From: Calditrichales bacterium
GTDB taxonomy: Bacteria; Calditrichota; Calditrichia; Calditrichales; J004
DNA length: 64,000 bases
Assembly: GCA_965267575.1 (NCBI GenBank)
Contig: OZ254086.1
Coordinates: 832,001 to 896,000, forward strand
Direction of reading: 5' to 3'
Of this stretch, positions 54,837 to 64,000 are shown piece by piece. Every line of letters begins with the position of its first letter. Position 1 is the stretch's first letter. A program made the position numbers and the translations under genes. The notes under the pieces are model-generated. The model worked only from the letters and a program-made list of their open reading frames with translations. It had not been told where the DNA came from and did not search any database.

Positions 54837-57800
54837 AACAGCCCCATTTCGCGGAATTCTTCGATGAACAGATGTTCGAGGTATGGATTGATCTGCAAAG
54901 CGCCGCCCTCGTTTTTAATGACAAAGCCGCTGCGCATCATAACCTCCACCTGACGATTGACCTCATCGCGTTCGATGCTGAACAAGCGGGCCAGCCGTTC
55001 GCGCGTAAGCTGGCGGTGCAGGATAAACTGAATCAGCCAGACATACCATTGCGTATCGAGGCTTTCGATGACGGACATGTCCGGCTTGGAAAGCGGCCGC
55101 AAACGAATACGTTCGGCCGAGAAATGATCGATCATAACCAGCCATGTTTGCAGGGCCACGCCGATGTTGCCGGACGTATAGCTAAAAATTTTGTTAAACA
55201 GCCGTGCCAGTTTCAACTCCGATATATCTTCCTCGTTTTCGCGGTTTACCTCAAAACGCAGGCCCGTGGAGCGGTGCCGCTGCATTACCGCGGTTTCGAT
55301 CTCGCGTGCGTTAAACGGCTCGCAGCGAATGATGCCAAGGAATGTATCCTCCAGGCTAAGAACTTCATTCAGCAACCGGAAAGCGTAGCTATTACAATTG
55401 ATCAGGAAAAAGCATTTATGGCCGTAACGATCGACCAGGCCACGCACCATATCAATGACCTTGTAGCCGTTTTCGTGGCGCTCCCACCACATCTCAAGAT
55501 CGTTTATGATCATCACGCTGTTGTCGGGCAAAGCTTCCATCGCTTCGTCGATCGTCTGGCCGCCGCCGGCAAGATCTATCACCTTACGTGTAAATACATC
55601 CGTATCGATGCTGCCGCCGGGTGGCGGGTTAAAGCGGAATATGTGGCTGCGTTCAAACGTGCGGCTGGCAATCATACGGCACAGAGCGGTTTTGCCCGAT
55701 CGCGGATCACCATGCACCAAAAGTGCGCCGCGGAACCCGTTGCGGTAGCGGACAAGCACGCGCTCGGCGTAGCGAAAGGCCTCGTTCTGCGCAACCAGGA
55801 ACTGGCGCGAGATGGAGTGTTCACCGAGAAAAAGCTGGCGGTAATAGCGCGGCAATCCCTGCGTGACCGGACTGTGCGGTGAAATACTTTGTGTCAGACT
55901 GATCAGGGCATCGATGTTGCCTTTCTGCTTTTCCCCGGCACGGCTCAGGCGGCGCGCTATCAGTACGCCGATACTGCGGCTGTATTGCAAGTTAACCACC
56001 ATATCGCGCATCCGCCGCTGGAAACGATCGCGAAACGCCTCCACGCCGCTTAATACCTTACGCTGCTCATGGCTGAAAATGTACTGACGCAAATTGCTGG
56101 TGGCGTTGGTCAGCAGGTAGGGATTTATCTTGTCAAAGAAATGCCCCAGTCTTTCCTGGATTATGCGCCGGGTCTGGCTCAGGGCGGTCTTTACATTTTC
56201 GCGCTCATCCTCCAACCGCTGCAGGCCGTCGGTAGCCACTTCGCTGATGGTCTTTTGCTCGTTGCTAAAATCGTATTCGTCTGCCGCGCGCTCGCTGCCG
56301 CTTACAAGCATCAACTGGCTGATGCCGTTCAGGGCGGTCACGGTATCGCTTACGCGCGTCTGCAGTTCTTTGCCATAGGTCTGCAGGTCGGGCATAAATT
56401 CGGTCTCGGCCAGGTAGCCGATCAGCCGGCGCAGGTACACGGATACCACCTCCGCCTGGTGGAACGGATGATCTTCCAGCTCCTGGAAAGATTGCTCGCT
56501 CATCACCTGGATGATCTCCGGCAGTTCCGTAATTTGTTTCTGAACCTCAGATTCCAGCTCGGATACATCGCCGGGCAGGGTTATCTCCAGCTCTTTTTCA
56601 AATATGTCGGCCGGGGGATTCTGGCCTTCACCGGCAGCTTTCTGCAATACCGTATTGATCTTGTCTATATGTGCTTTAAGCGGACCGTTCAGACTATTTT
56701 CGTTGCGCTTTTGCCAGCCATGCAGCAAGTTGCTCAGGCGGTTCTGGAACAGGTGCAGCGTCAATTCCATTCGCGCAAAATCGATCATCAGCCCCAGGTT
56801 GCGGGTCCAGCTTCCGGCCGCATCCATAAATGTTTCGTCGCTGATATCGCCGCCGCGGAGCTGAAAACGTTTGCGGGCACCGGCCGCGCCGGAAAGGGTG
56901 CTAAGGGCGTCCAGTTTTTCCTGGTATGCCTGGCGATGTGTTTCCAGCAGGGACAGGCTGTTTTCTTTAAAAGCTTTCTTGTTTTTGTCGCGGAATTGGT
57001 GCAGGTCTTCCAGCAGCTTTTCCTTTGTTTCCTGCACAAACTTCTCGTTAAGCTGGCCCTGGTCGGCGCGCGCCATCATGCCCTGCAGCAGCGCCTGTAG
57101 CCTGCTGAAAAATTTCTGCAAATCCGAAATATGCTGATAGCCAATTACGGCGAGTTGCTCAATCTGCGCATAGAAATGAGTCCGCAATACCCCGTTGATA
57201 TGCTCGCGCATCAATTCTGTAAAGGGTACGTCAAAGATGGCCTCTTCACGCTTGGAAAGAAACAATCCTGCCTTTTTACGCAACTTTAAAAAACGCAGGC
57301 GCAGATTGTCGGAATCCTGCATGGCCAGATCATGCCGCGGATAGTTGACCCGCAGATGGATCGGGGAATCCCGGAAAACCTTGCGTAACTGGCCCAGGAA
57401 AACATCACAGCCTTGCTCCACGTTGCGCTCCAGGATGTTAAGGCTGTTTTCCTTAAAATCGTTGATCAGGCGCAGGTTGTTGTAAAGCAGGTCATTCTGG
57501 AACCGCTCAATCAGCGGAGCGCTGTCACGGCTTTTGGCGCCTCCCGAAACCCGCCGGGAAAGCGCGCCCAGGAAGCCGTCGCAAATGCGGTTTAGCTGAT
57601 CACCGAGCTGCTCAAATTCATGCACCACCTCGCTGATGTAGCCGGCATAAAATTCATTGATCGCCTTTTCCAGGTCTTCATTAACTGTTCGCAGCCGCGC
57701 GCTCAAAGCGTCATTAGCCGGATAGCGCAGTTCTGTCCCGGCCGCTTCCGGTGCGGCCCCGGCATCGGACAAACGCCTCTGGGGACTGCTCTCAATACCA

Positions 57801-59956
57801 ATAAAAATCGGGTCAAAATATGATGACGCACTGATCAGCAGGACGCTTTTTAGCGGCTCCAGAAGCTGATGCATGGAACCAAGGAATTTTTTTTGCGCAG
57901 CCGGCGTAAGTTGCGGCATGCCCAATATGGTCAGATCGCTGCCTGCGGATTCCAGTTGCAAAATATCGGAAAAAGGCCGTTGTTCTATGGCGTTGTTGAT
58001 CACTTTAATATCCGCATCCTGGCGCAGGTCCTGCAGCAAGTGTTTCATATTGCGGTGCACTTTGTTGATCAGAGAGCCATCGTCTACGATGATCAGAATA
58101 CGCAGGCGCGCCCGTTGCCAGGCGGCGGAACCGTGCAAAAAGCGCAGCAGGTACATGGCCAGAGACGCGTTGTTACTGCCTCCGCGCCACCACAGGTCAA
58201 TGCTTCTGTATTCGCCAAACTGCCTTTCGGGATCGTAGTTAAGCAGCAGGATGTTGTAATCAAGGTCCTGCAGCGTTTTCAGCATTTCCGCAAAAGGCTC
58301 AGCACGATCGCTCTTCTTGGGCCAGCCCATTAAAACGGTATTAGGCTCCACCCCGGCAAAGCCGTAAAAACGGGCCACGCTTTCTATGCCGCTGTAAACA
58401 TCCCTGCTTTCCAGGCGCCTGTAAAAAACACCCTGGCGCGCCTCGCCGGGATCACGCATAAGCTGCGCCGCCTTTGGAAAACGCACCTGGCCGTCCGGTG
58501 ATTCAATCAGCTCAAAATTGGATATGATTCCGCTGCGCCCGGTGAGCCATTTGCCAAACTGCAGCAGGTAAGGCCGTACATTCTGCATGCCGCCAAAAAG
58601 CAGGATGTTGGGCCGCCAGTTTCTTTTATGGATCACCTCTTCGTTGAGCTTGTGCAAGCCGGAGCGCACTACGGACGCCCAGAAGCTGCCCCAGGTATCA
58701 CCCGTCTCCAATGTCAGCTCTTTACGCTTGATGATCAGGTAGACCAGCGCAAGTACGATAATGGCTCCAAAAAAGGCGACGATATCCAGCTGGAACATCA
58801 CGATGCCACAAACGATGGCGCCCACCAGCCCAACCCACAAAGGCACGCGAAATGACGGACGGAAATCGGTGCTGGCCCAGCTTTCTAACACATAGCTGAG
58901 ATTAATCAAACCGTACGTGCTTATAAAAAACATTGAGACAACACGGGCAATAACGTTCAGGTCGCCAATCAGGATACCGGCTTCCGCGATAATAAAAGTG
59001 AGCAGCAGGGCGTTGCGTGGCTCGTTGGAGGCGCCGTAGCCTTTGGCAAAGAAGCGCGGGGTAACGCCATCTTTGGAAGTTGCCTGCAAAATGCGCGGCG
59101 CGCCGAGAATGCTACCCATGGCGGACGAAATCGTCGCTCCCCAGATACCGGCAATCACAAACTGCGGCACCATAGCTATTTCTACAAAAATGTTGGGGTT
59201 ATCCAGCGTATTGCGGTCTATGTAAAAGGCCGTGTAAATGGCCAGGCCCACATAAACGATAAAGCCCACGGAGATGGCAGCTATGGTTCCTAAAGGAAGT
59301 GCAGTCTTGGGGTCTTTGAGGTCGCCGGACATCTGCACGCCGGCGGTAAATCCGGTAACAGCCGGAAAAAACACGCCAAAAAGAACAAATATATCGACGC
59401 TGTTTTCGGCGGGCATAAGCGAGTATGTGCCGCCGGTAGTCGGGTTGCCGCCAAAGAAAATGGCCAGGATAGAAAGGACAACAGCCGCCAGTATAAAATA
59501 CTGCGTCTTAATGGCCAGTGACGTGCTGATAAAAATGATGATCGTGATAACGACAAGCGTTATTGTGCCGTAAAAGCGGATTGTATTGATTTCCAGCGGC
59601 AAGCCAAGTACGCCAAGCAGGCTTTCACAAAAACCGATGATGTAGAGGCTGATGCTGAAAGAAAGGCCCACAAAAAGCGCCAGACCCAGCGTGCCGCCCA
59701 CGGACAAACCCATGCTGCGCGAGATGATATAATAGTTGCCCCCTGCCTGCACTTTTTTATCTGTGGCAATGGACGCTACACTCAAACCGGTTGTTATAGA
59801 GACAATATGCGCCACCAGAATAATCGCCAGCGTGGCAATCAGGCCGCCCTGCCCCACAATCCAGGGCAGACGCAGATACATAATAACGCCAAGGATAGTG
59901 AGCACCGAAGGCGTAAAAACGCCGCCAAACGTTCCGAATTTTTTAGATCTGGCCAA
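54821..59956 (-). CDS. SLC12/cation-chloride cotransporter-family permease fused to a helical region, a P-loop ATPase and a winged-helix-like C-terminus (1711 aa)
   Basis: GVFTPSVLTILGVIMYLR, GGNYYIISRSMG, FFPAVTG, SGDLKDP, APRILQA, NWRPNILL, PNTVLMGW, IDLWW; Walker A GDPRSGKT at 55688-55711; TTG start. Confidence 0.88.
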   Translation of the reverse strand: MARSKKFGTFGGVFTPSVLTILGVIMYLRLPWIVGQGGLIATLAIILVAHIVSITTGLSVASIATDKKVQAGGNYYIISRSMGLSVGGTLGLALFVGLSFSISLYIIGFCESLLGVLGLPLEINTIRFYGTITLVVITIIIFISTSLAIKTQYFILAAVVLSILAIFFGGNPTTGGTYSLMPAENSVDIFVLFGVFFPAVTGFTAGVQMSGDLKDPKTALPLGTIAAISVGFIVYVGLAIYTAFYIDRNTLDNPNIFVEIAMVPQFVIAGIWGATISSAMGSILGAPRILQATSKDGVTPRFFAKGYGASNEPRNALLLTFIIAEAGILIGDLNVIARVVSMFFISTYGLINLSYVLESWASTDFRPSFRVPLWVGLVGAIVCGIVMFQLDIVAFFGAIIVLALVYLIIKRKELTLETGDTWGSFWASVVRSGLHKLNEEVIHKRNWRPNILLFGGMQNVRPYLLQFGKWLTGRSGIISNFELIESPDGQVRFPKAAQLMRDPGEARQGVFYRRLESRDVYSGIESVARFYGFAGVEPNTVLMGWPKKSDRAEPFAEMLKTLQDLDYNILLLNYDPERQFGEYRSIDLWWRGGSNNASLAMYLLRFLHGSAAWQRARLRILIIVDDGSLINKVHRNMKHLLQDLRQDADIKVINNAIEQRPFSDILQLESAGSDLTILGMPQLTPAAQKKFLGSMHQLLEPLKSVLLISASSYFDPIFIGIESSPQRRLSDAGAAPEAAGTELRYPANDALSARLRTVNEDLEKAINEFYAGYISEVVHEFEQLGDQLNRICDGFLGALSRRVSGGAKSRDSAPLIERFQNDLLYNNLRLINDFKENSLNILERNVEQGCDVFLGQLRKVFRDSPIHLRVNYPRHDLAMQDSDNLRLRFLKLRKKAGLFLSKREEAIFDVPFTELMREHINGVLRTHFYAQIEQLAVIGYQHISDLQKFFSRLQALLQGMMARADQGQLNEKFVQETKEKLLEDLHQFRDKNKKAFKENSLSLLETHRQAYQEKLDALSTLSGAAGARKRFQLRGGDISDETFMDAAGSWTRNLGLMIDFARMELTLHLFQNRLSNLLHGWQKRNENSLNGPLKAHIDKINTVLQKAAGEGQNPPADIFEKELEITLPGDVSELESEVQKQITELPEIIQVMSEQSFQELEDHPFHQAEVVSVYLRRLIGYLAETEFMPDLQTYGKELQTRVSDTVTALNGISQLMLVSGSERAADEYDFSNEQKTISEVATDGLQRLEDERENVKTALSQTRRIIQERLGHFFDKINPYLLTNATSNLRQYIFSHEQRKVLSGVEAFRDRFQRRMRDMVVNLQYSRSIGVLIARRLSRAGEKQKGNIDALISLTQSISPHSPVTQGLPRYYRQLFLGEHSISRQFLVAQNEAFRYAERVLVRYRNGFRGALLVHGDPRSGKTALCRMIASRTFERSHIFRFNPPPGGSIDTDVFTRKVIDLAGGGQTIDEAMEALPDNSVMIINDLEMWWERHENGYKVIDMVRGLVDRYGHKCFFLINCNSYAFRLLNEVLSLEDTFLGIIRCEPFNAREIETAVMQRHRSTGLRFEVNRENEEDISELKLARLFNKIFSYTSGNIGVALQTWLVMIDHFSAERIRLRPLSKPDMSVIESLDTQWYVWLIQFILHRQLTRERLARLFSIERDEVNRQVEVMMRSGFVIKNEGGALQINPYLEHLFIEEFREMGLLWNNS

Positions 59957-60007
59957 TAGGATTTCCCCTGCTTAAAACAAGCTCATCCGAATATGCTGTA
60001 AGCGATT

Positions 60008-61429
60008 TTAACTTTCAACAGCATTGTCCGGAATATCCAGACCAAAATAGCTGTGAATAAACGCTTTTCTTCCCCGGTCCAGCTTGGCGTATTGCATCAT
60101 TTTATAAAGCTTGTTCTGCTCACGTTTCAACTTTTTATCCAGGTATGCCTGATCCGTAAGCTTATCGGGCAATTCGCCGGTGACTTTCAGATTTTTACCT
60201 TCAATACTGCCCTCAATCAGGTTGTAGCGGTCAAAAATAGAAAGCACCGTTTCCGCGCGAAAATCCCGTCTGTTCTTGAACGTTAACTGCTCCTTGAAAT
60301 AGTCCATTCCCTCGGCATTAATGCGTTCGGTATCAGATTGTAAAAGATTGTAAGCACGGTAATAGAAATCCGCGGAAGGATTATTCCAACGTATAAATTC
60401 TAATTGTATGTTCAAATCCTGCTCATCGTATAAAAGCTGGCACAGCGAGGGTTTGCCGTCCCGCCCCGCCCGTCCGATCTCCTGGTAATAAGATTCCAGT
60501 GAGCCGGGTACCTGCGCGTGTAGCACAAAGCGAATGTCCTCCTTGTCAATACCCATGCCGAATGCATTCGTCGCCAGGATCAACGGACTCTCACCGCCCA
60601 TAAACGCGTCCTGTATGCGGCGCCGGCTGCGGTTGTCCAGATCGCCATGATAGACGCGGTGCGGGACCTTGCGGCTGTTCAGCAATTCACTCATCCGCTC
60701 AAGATCTTTAATAAGGGCAAAATAGACGATACCGCTGCCGGGATGCTCGGCGATCACCTTGAGGATAGCCTTCAGTTTTTCATCCTCGCCCCAAACGTTT
60801 TTGCGATCCAGTTTCAGGTTGGGCCGCTCAATGCCCTCGTGGAACAGGTGCATGTTGCCGCTTTCCAGCCCCAGCTGGCGCATAATATCCTGCTGCACTT
60901 CCGGCGTGGCCGTTGCCGTAAGCGCCACCGTCAACGGATTGCCCATGATCTGCCGGAATTCACGCAAACGCGTATAATCGGGCCGGAAGTCGTGCCCCCA
61001 CTCGCTGATACAGTGGGCCTCGTCAACGGCCAGCAGGTCTATCTTCCTGCCACGAAGAATTTCAATAAATTCAGCTTTGCGGAATCGCTCCGGGGTAACA
61101 TAAAGAAGCTTGTGACGACCTTTGCTAAGCGCGTTGTATCGCTGTTCCCGCTCTTTTTTGTCCAAAGATGAATTGATATAAATAGCGTCGATATTCTTGC
61201 GGCGCAAAGCATCCACCTGGTCTTTCATCAGCGCGATGAGCGGAGAGATAACCACAGTCAGGTCATTCAGCATAAGTGCCGGCACCTGGTAGAGCAGGGA
61301 CTTACCGGAGCCCGTCGGCATAATAACAAGCGAATGCTTGCCGGCCAGAATGTGGTCTATGACCTCTTTTTGAATGCCGCGAAAATCATTATAATTGAAG
61401 TGTTTGCGCAATATATCGTGAGCTATCAT
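60008..61429 (-). CDS. RecQ-family ATP-dependent DNA helicase, short form
   Basis: MPTGSGKS, VDEAHCISEWGHDFRPDY, ALTATA, ATNAFGMGIDK, YYQEIGRAGRDG. Confidence 0.93.
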   Translation of the reverse strand: MIAHDILRKHFNYNDFRGIQKEVIDHILAGKHSLVIMPTGSGKSLLYQVPALMLNDLTVVISPLIALMKDQVDALRRKNIDAIYINSSLDKKEREQRYNALSKGRHKLLYVTPERFRKAEFIEILRGRKIDLLAVDEAHCISEWGHDFRPDYTRLREFRQIMGNPLTVALTATATPEVQQDIMRQLGLESGNMHLFHEGIERPNLKLDRKNVWGEDEKLKAILKVIAEHPGSGIVYFALIKDLERMSELLNSRKVPHRVYHGDLDNRSRRRIQDAFMGGESPLILATNAFGMGIDKEDIRFVLHAQVPGSLESYYQEIGRAGRDGKPSLCQLLYDEQDLNIQLEFIRWNNPSADFYYRAYNLLQSDTERINAEGMDYFKEQLTFKNRRDFRAETVLSIFDRYNLIEGSIEGKNLKVTGELPDKLTDQAYLDKKLKREQNKLYKMMQYAKLDRGRKAFIHSYFGLDIPDNAVES

Positions 61430-61491
61430 CTGATCTGATATGAAATTATACTTATTTAATGCAACCGGACGGTTAAAATATAAATTTTTAC

Positions 61492-61520
61492 TTGACTTTC
61501 ACAGGCATATATAATATTAT
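61492..61520 (+). promoter_or_regulatory. Sigma70-type promoter for the tandem Usp gene
   Basis: TTGACT-N17-TATTAT. Confidence 0.55.
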
Positions 61521-61604
61521 TTTAGTGAAAAAAGTAACAATTTTGGTGTGATCTTTTAACCTCCGGACTTTAACGAAGAAAGGATAACTTAGGAGGACCC
61601 CCGC

Positions 61605-62501
61605 ATGAAGATCTCTAAAATATTGGTTCCGGTAGATTTTAGCCCGTTTGCAGGCTATGCCACCGACTATGCGATCTACTTCGCTGAGAAGTACGACGCT
61701 GAGATAACCCTTTTCCATGCCATCGTGCTGTACGAAACGGGTGTGGACGAAGAAAGCCACGTTCGGCAAATGGAAGAGATAATCCGGCGCAAGGAAAAGA
61801 CTTCGCACGCCATGCTGGACAAGCATGAAGGCAAGTATGCGAAGGCGGCCCTGAAATTACGCTCCGAAACGGCACGAGGTGTCTCAGCTTCCGATACGAT
61901 TCTGGAGCATCTCGCTGAAAATGATTACGATCTTATCGTAATGGGCACACACGGCAGAACAGGATTAAAAAACCTGATATATGGAAGTGTTGCCGAGAAA
62001 ATTGTTCGCCTGTCCGCTGTGCCCGTGATGACCGTACATAACGGTCCGGACAGACAAGTTGACATCAAGAAAATCCTGGTCCCGATTGATTTTTCGGAAA
62101 ATTCCCGCAAGGGAGCGGAAAGGGCATTGGACCTGGCAAAAGAGTTTGGCGCGAAAGTGGAATTCCTGCATGTGATTGAACAGCAATTGCATCCCTCATT
62201 CCACGTCGTCGGTATAGAATCTATTTTTGCCATCAATCCGGACCTGAAAAAAATATCGTCGGAGAAGTTGCGCGAATTTGTGCCAAGCGACGTGCAGGCC
62301 GATTACACCGTCATGGAAGGAAGCGCGCCGCAAACGATTGTGGAGTATGCCAAAGAGAACAAATTTGATTTGATTGTAATGTCCACGCGCGGCTTTACCG
62401 GCATCGATCATTTGCTTATAGGTTCCACAACGGAGCGCGTGGTGCGCCTGGCGGAATGCCCCGTATTAACGGTCGGCCGGCGCAAAATTGAAAAAGTTTA
62501 A
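61605..62501 (+). CDS. Tandem-domain universal stress protein
   Basis: Two KILVP(V/I)DFS domains, MGTHGRTG..GSVAEKIVR and GSTTERVVR; AGGAGG RBS. Confidence 0.93.
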   Translation: MKISKILVPVDFSPFAGYATDYAIYFAEKYDAEITLFHAIVLYETGVDEESHVRQMEEIIRRKEKTSHAMLDKHEGKYAKAALKLRSETARGVSASDTILEHLAENDYDLIVMGTHGRTGLKNLIYGSVAEKIVRLSAVPVMTVHNGPDRQVDIKKILVPIDFSENSRKGAERALDLAKEFGAKVEFLHVIEQQLHPSFHVVGIESIFAINPDLKKISSEKLREFVPSDVQADYTVMEGSAPQTIVEYAKENKFDLIVMSTRGFTGIDHLLIGSTTERVVRLAECPVLTVGRRKIEKV

Positions 62502-62566
62502 GTGTTCAGGGTGAAAGTATCCGTTAAAATTATGCGGGGAGTTTTGGCGGACCCCCTGAACACTTA
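62499..62566. repeat. 13-bp inverted repeat spanning the gap between convergent genes
   Basis: TAAGTGTTCAGGG (62499-62511) and CCCTGAACACTTA (62554-62566), followed by a T-run. Confidence 0.6.
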
Positions 62567-62572
62567 TTTTTT

Positions 62573-63415
62573 TTAAAGTTTTAGCAGGCGGGTAATTGTA
62601 AAACCCAGACGCCAATCATCGCGTGAATCGGATCCTGCCAGATACTGAGTGCTATTCAAGCGCGTGCTGTTCGAGACAAATATCTTGAAAAAATGCCCGC
62701 CTGTTTCCAGTTCCACACCGAATGAAAATGGATTAAAGCCGGCTTTATGTCCTGAAACCGTGCTGTTCCACTCCACAGCCGCGCTCCATATCATCGAAAT
62801 ATAGTATTGTGCGTAGAGGCCCGCCGTAACGGAGTTTTTTGTCTCAGCGCTGCGTATGGCGCTATTTGACACAAATGAAGGTACTACCCCAATACCCAGC
62901 TTTTCGGCAATCATTGTATTTAAAATCAGCTGCCCGTAAAACTGGTTGCCGTTTTCAACCGAATTATCGTCAACAGTGGTGAACGCGGCACCGGCCCGCA
63001 ACGCGGCTTTTAATGGCAGCATATCACTACGCACGGCCAGGAAACTCCATTTGCCATAAACATCCCAGTTATCGTCCAGGTTACTGCGTCCGCCAAATAA
63101 AAGGATCTTGTCCGTCGGCGCCCAGCCCAGAGCGATGCGCATATTAACCGGCCCGTCGAGCCCATAAAGATTATCTGCCGGGTCACCGTAGGCGGGCGTC
63201 TCGCTGAGCGGTGGCAAAAAGCGGTGGGAAATTTCAAATTGCAGATCGTTTTTCTGCAGCGTTTCCGCGGTGGGCAGCGCAATCACATGCGTTGAATGCA
63301 GCAAGGCCAACGGCGGCTCTGTGGGCGTGTCGGTACGCTCCCACTTTACCTGGCCAAAAACCGGATTCGCCAAAAACGCTATCAAAAAAAGTATTGTTAT
63401 GCTTTGCTTTAACAT
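62573..63415 (-). CDS. DUF5777-like outer-membrane beta-barrel protein
   Basis: LQFEISHRF, ELETGGHFFKIFVSNS, LGFTITR; adjacent to YceI. Confidence 0.75.
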   Translation of the reverse strand: MLKQSITILFLIAFLANPVFGQVKWERTDTPTEPPLALLHSTHVIALPTAETLQKNDLQFEISHRFLPPLSETPAYGDPADNLYGLDGPVNMRIALGWAPTDKILLFGGRSNLDDNWDVYGKWSFLAVRSDMLPLKAALRAGAAFTTVDDNSVENGNQFYGQLILNTMIAEKLGIGVVPSFVSNSAIRSAETKNSVTAGLYAQYYISMIWSAAVEWNSTVSGHKAGFNPFSFGVELETGGHFFKIFVSNSTRLNSTQYLAGSDSRDDWRLGFTITRLLKL

Positions 63416-63425
63416 CTCTTCTCCT

Positions 63426-63986
63426 TTAAGACGAAACGTTTTTTATGAAAAAATCAAGCCTCAGCCTCATCTCTTCATCTATTTTCATAAACATGATTTG
63501 CGGTATCTCGATATTGAAATCGGACAGCATAACGGAAAAGGATGTTTTAATCCTGAATCCGTTTTCGTATGGTGTAAGCGTGCCGCTTGTCTCCAGCGGT
63601 TTTTCAATCCCGTGGATAAAAATTTTGCCACTGGTTATAACCTTTTTTATACCATTGGTGCTGTCTTCAACGGAAATTATTTTTCCGCTGAAATAGGTTA
63701 TGGGGTATTTATCCGTATGCAGATAATTCTCACGCATATGGCGGTTACGCAAACCGATGCCCGTATCAATTGAATTGAGATCTACCTCGAAATAAAGCTC
63801 GCTGGCATTGGTCCATTCTTCCCCTTCATAATAGACATAACCGTCAATCTGGTCGGTGATTCCCTCAAAATCCTCAAGCGGCGCATCCGAGATAAATTTA
63901 ACCATATTATCCCGTTCTTTGTCCACATGAAATTCGGCCGCGGAAACTGTGAGTGCGGTCGCTAAAATGATTAAAAAGATTCTCAT
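63426..63986 (-). CDS. YceI-family (polyisoprenoid-binding) protein
   Basis: FISDAPLEDFEG, IDTGIGLRNRHMRENYL..KYP, IHG, DFNIEIP. Confidence 0.88.
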   Translation of the reverse strand: MRIFLIILATALTVSAAEFHVDKERDNMVKFISDAPLEDFEGITDQIDGYVYYEGEEWTNASELYFEVDLNSIDTGIGLRNRHMRENYLHTDKYPITYFSGKIISVEDSTNGIKKVITSGKIFIHGIEKPLETSGTLTPYENGFRIKTSFSVMLSDFNIEIPQIMFMKIDEEMRLRLDFFIKNVSS

Positions 63987-64000
63987 AACGTGTCCTTACC

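Noticed and set aside
54872-57100. Long plus-strand ORFs (336 aa and 343 aa) opposite the SLC12-ATPase gene
   Set aside because: Antisense shadows of a GC-rich coding strand, with no recognisable motifs or RBS.
57535-57546. 12-bp match (TGGCGCCTCCCG) to the tRNA-Phe 3' end as a possible att site
   Set aside because: Short, inside an intact CDS and on the wrong side of the tRNA; compatible with chance.
62573-63986. YceI plus DUF5777-like barrel pair
   Set aside because: A recurring gene pair in FCB-group genomes; the operon probably continues beyond the window edge, so nothing more can be judged here.

Overview
Gene-dense bacterial chromosomal window with about 51 CDS and one tRNA-Phe(GAA). 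I found no CRISPR array, rRNA, prophage or intact IS element. A T9SS/Por-type C-terminal sorting domain, Hanks kinases with TPR/TolB sensors and the xerC-hpf-hprK-PTS-mlaD synteny suggest an FCB-related diderm, possibly Calditrichota (inference only). Left part: accessory signalling and transport genes, namely a LytS/LytTR operon, a sigma54 two-component system with a visible sigma54 promoter in front of a porin-Usp-TAXI-TRAP operon, three tandem paralogous Ser/Thr kinases, and a PqqU-like TonB receptor paired with a cytochrome c-PQQ dehydrogenase next to the tRNA. Middle: housekeeping DNA metabolism, including an inverted topA and a holC - UvrD::DEDDh exonuclease - recJ cluster. Right part: an orphan EGKCG-repeat (HvfA-like) RiPP precursor, tandem beta-barrels and tpx. 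The strongest candidate for an undescribed system is also here: a 1711-aa SLC12/cation-chloride cotransporter fused to a long helical region and a P-loop ATPase, overlapping a MscS-family gene. All calls come from motif recognition by eye; no database searches were run.
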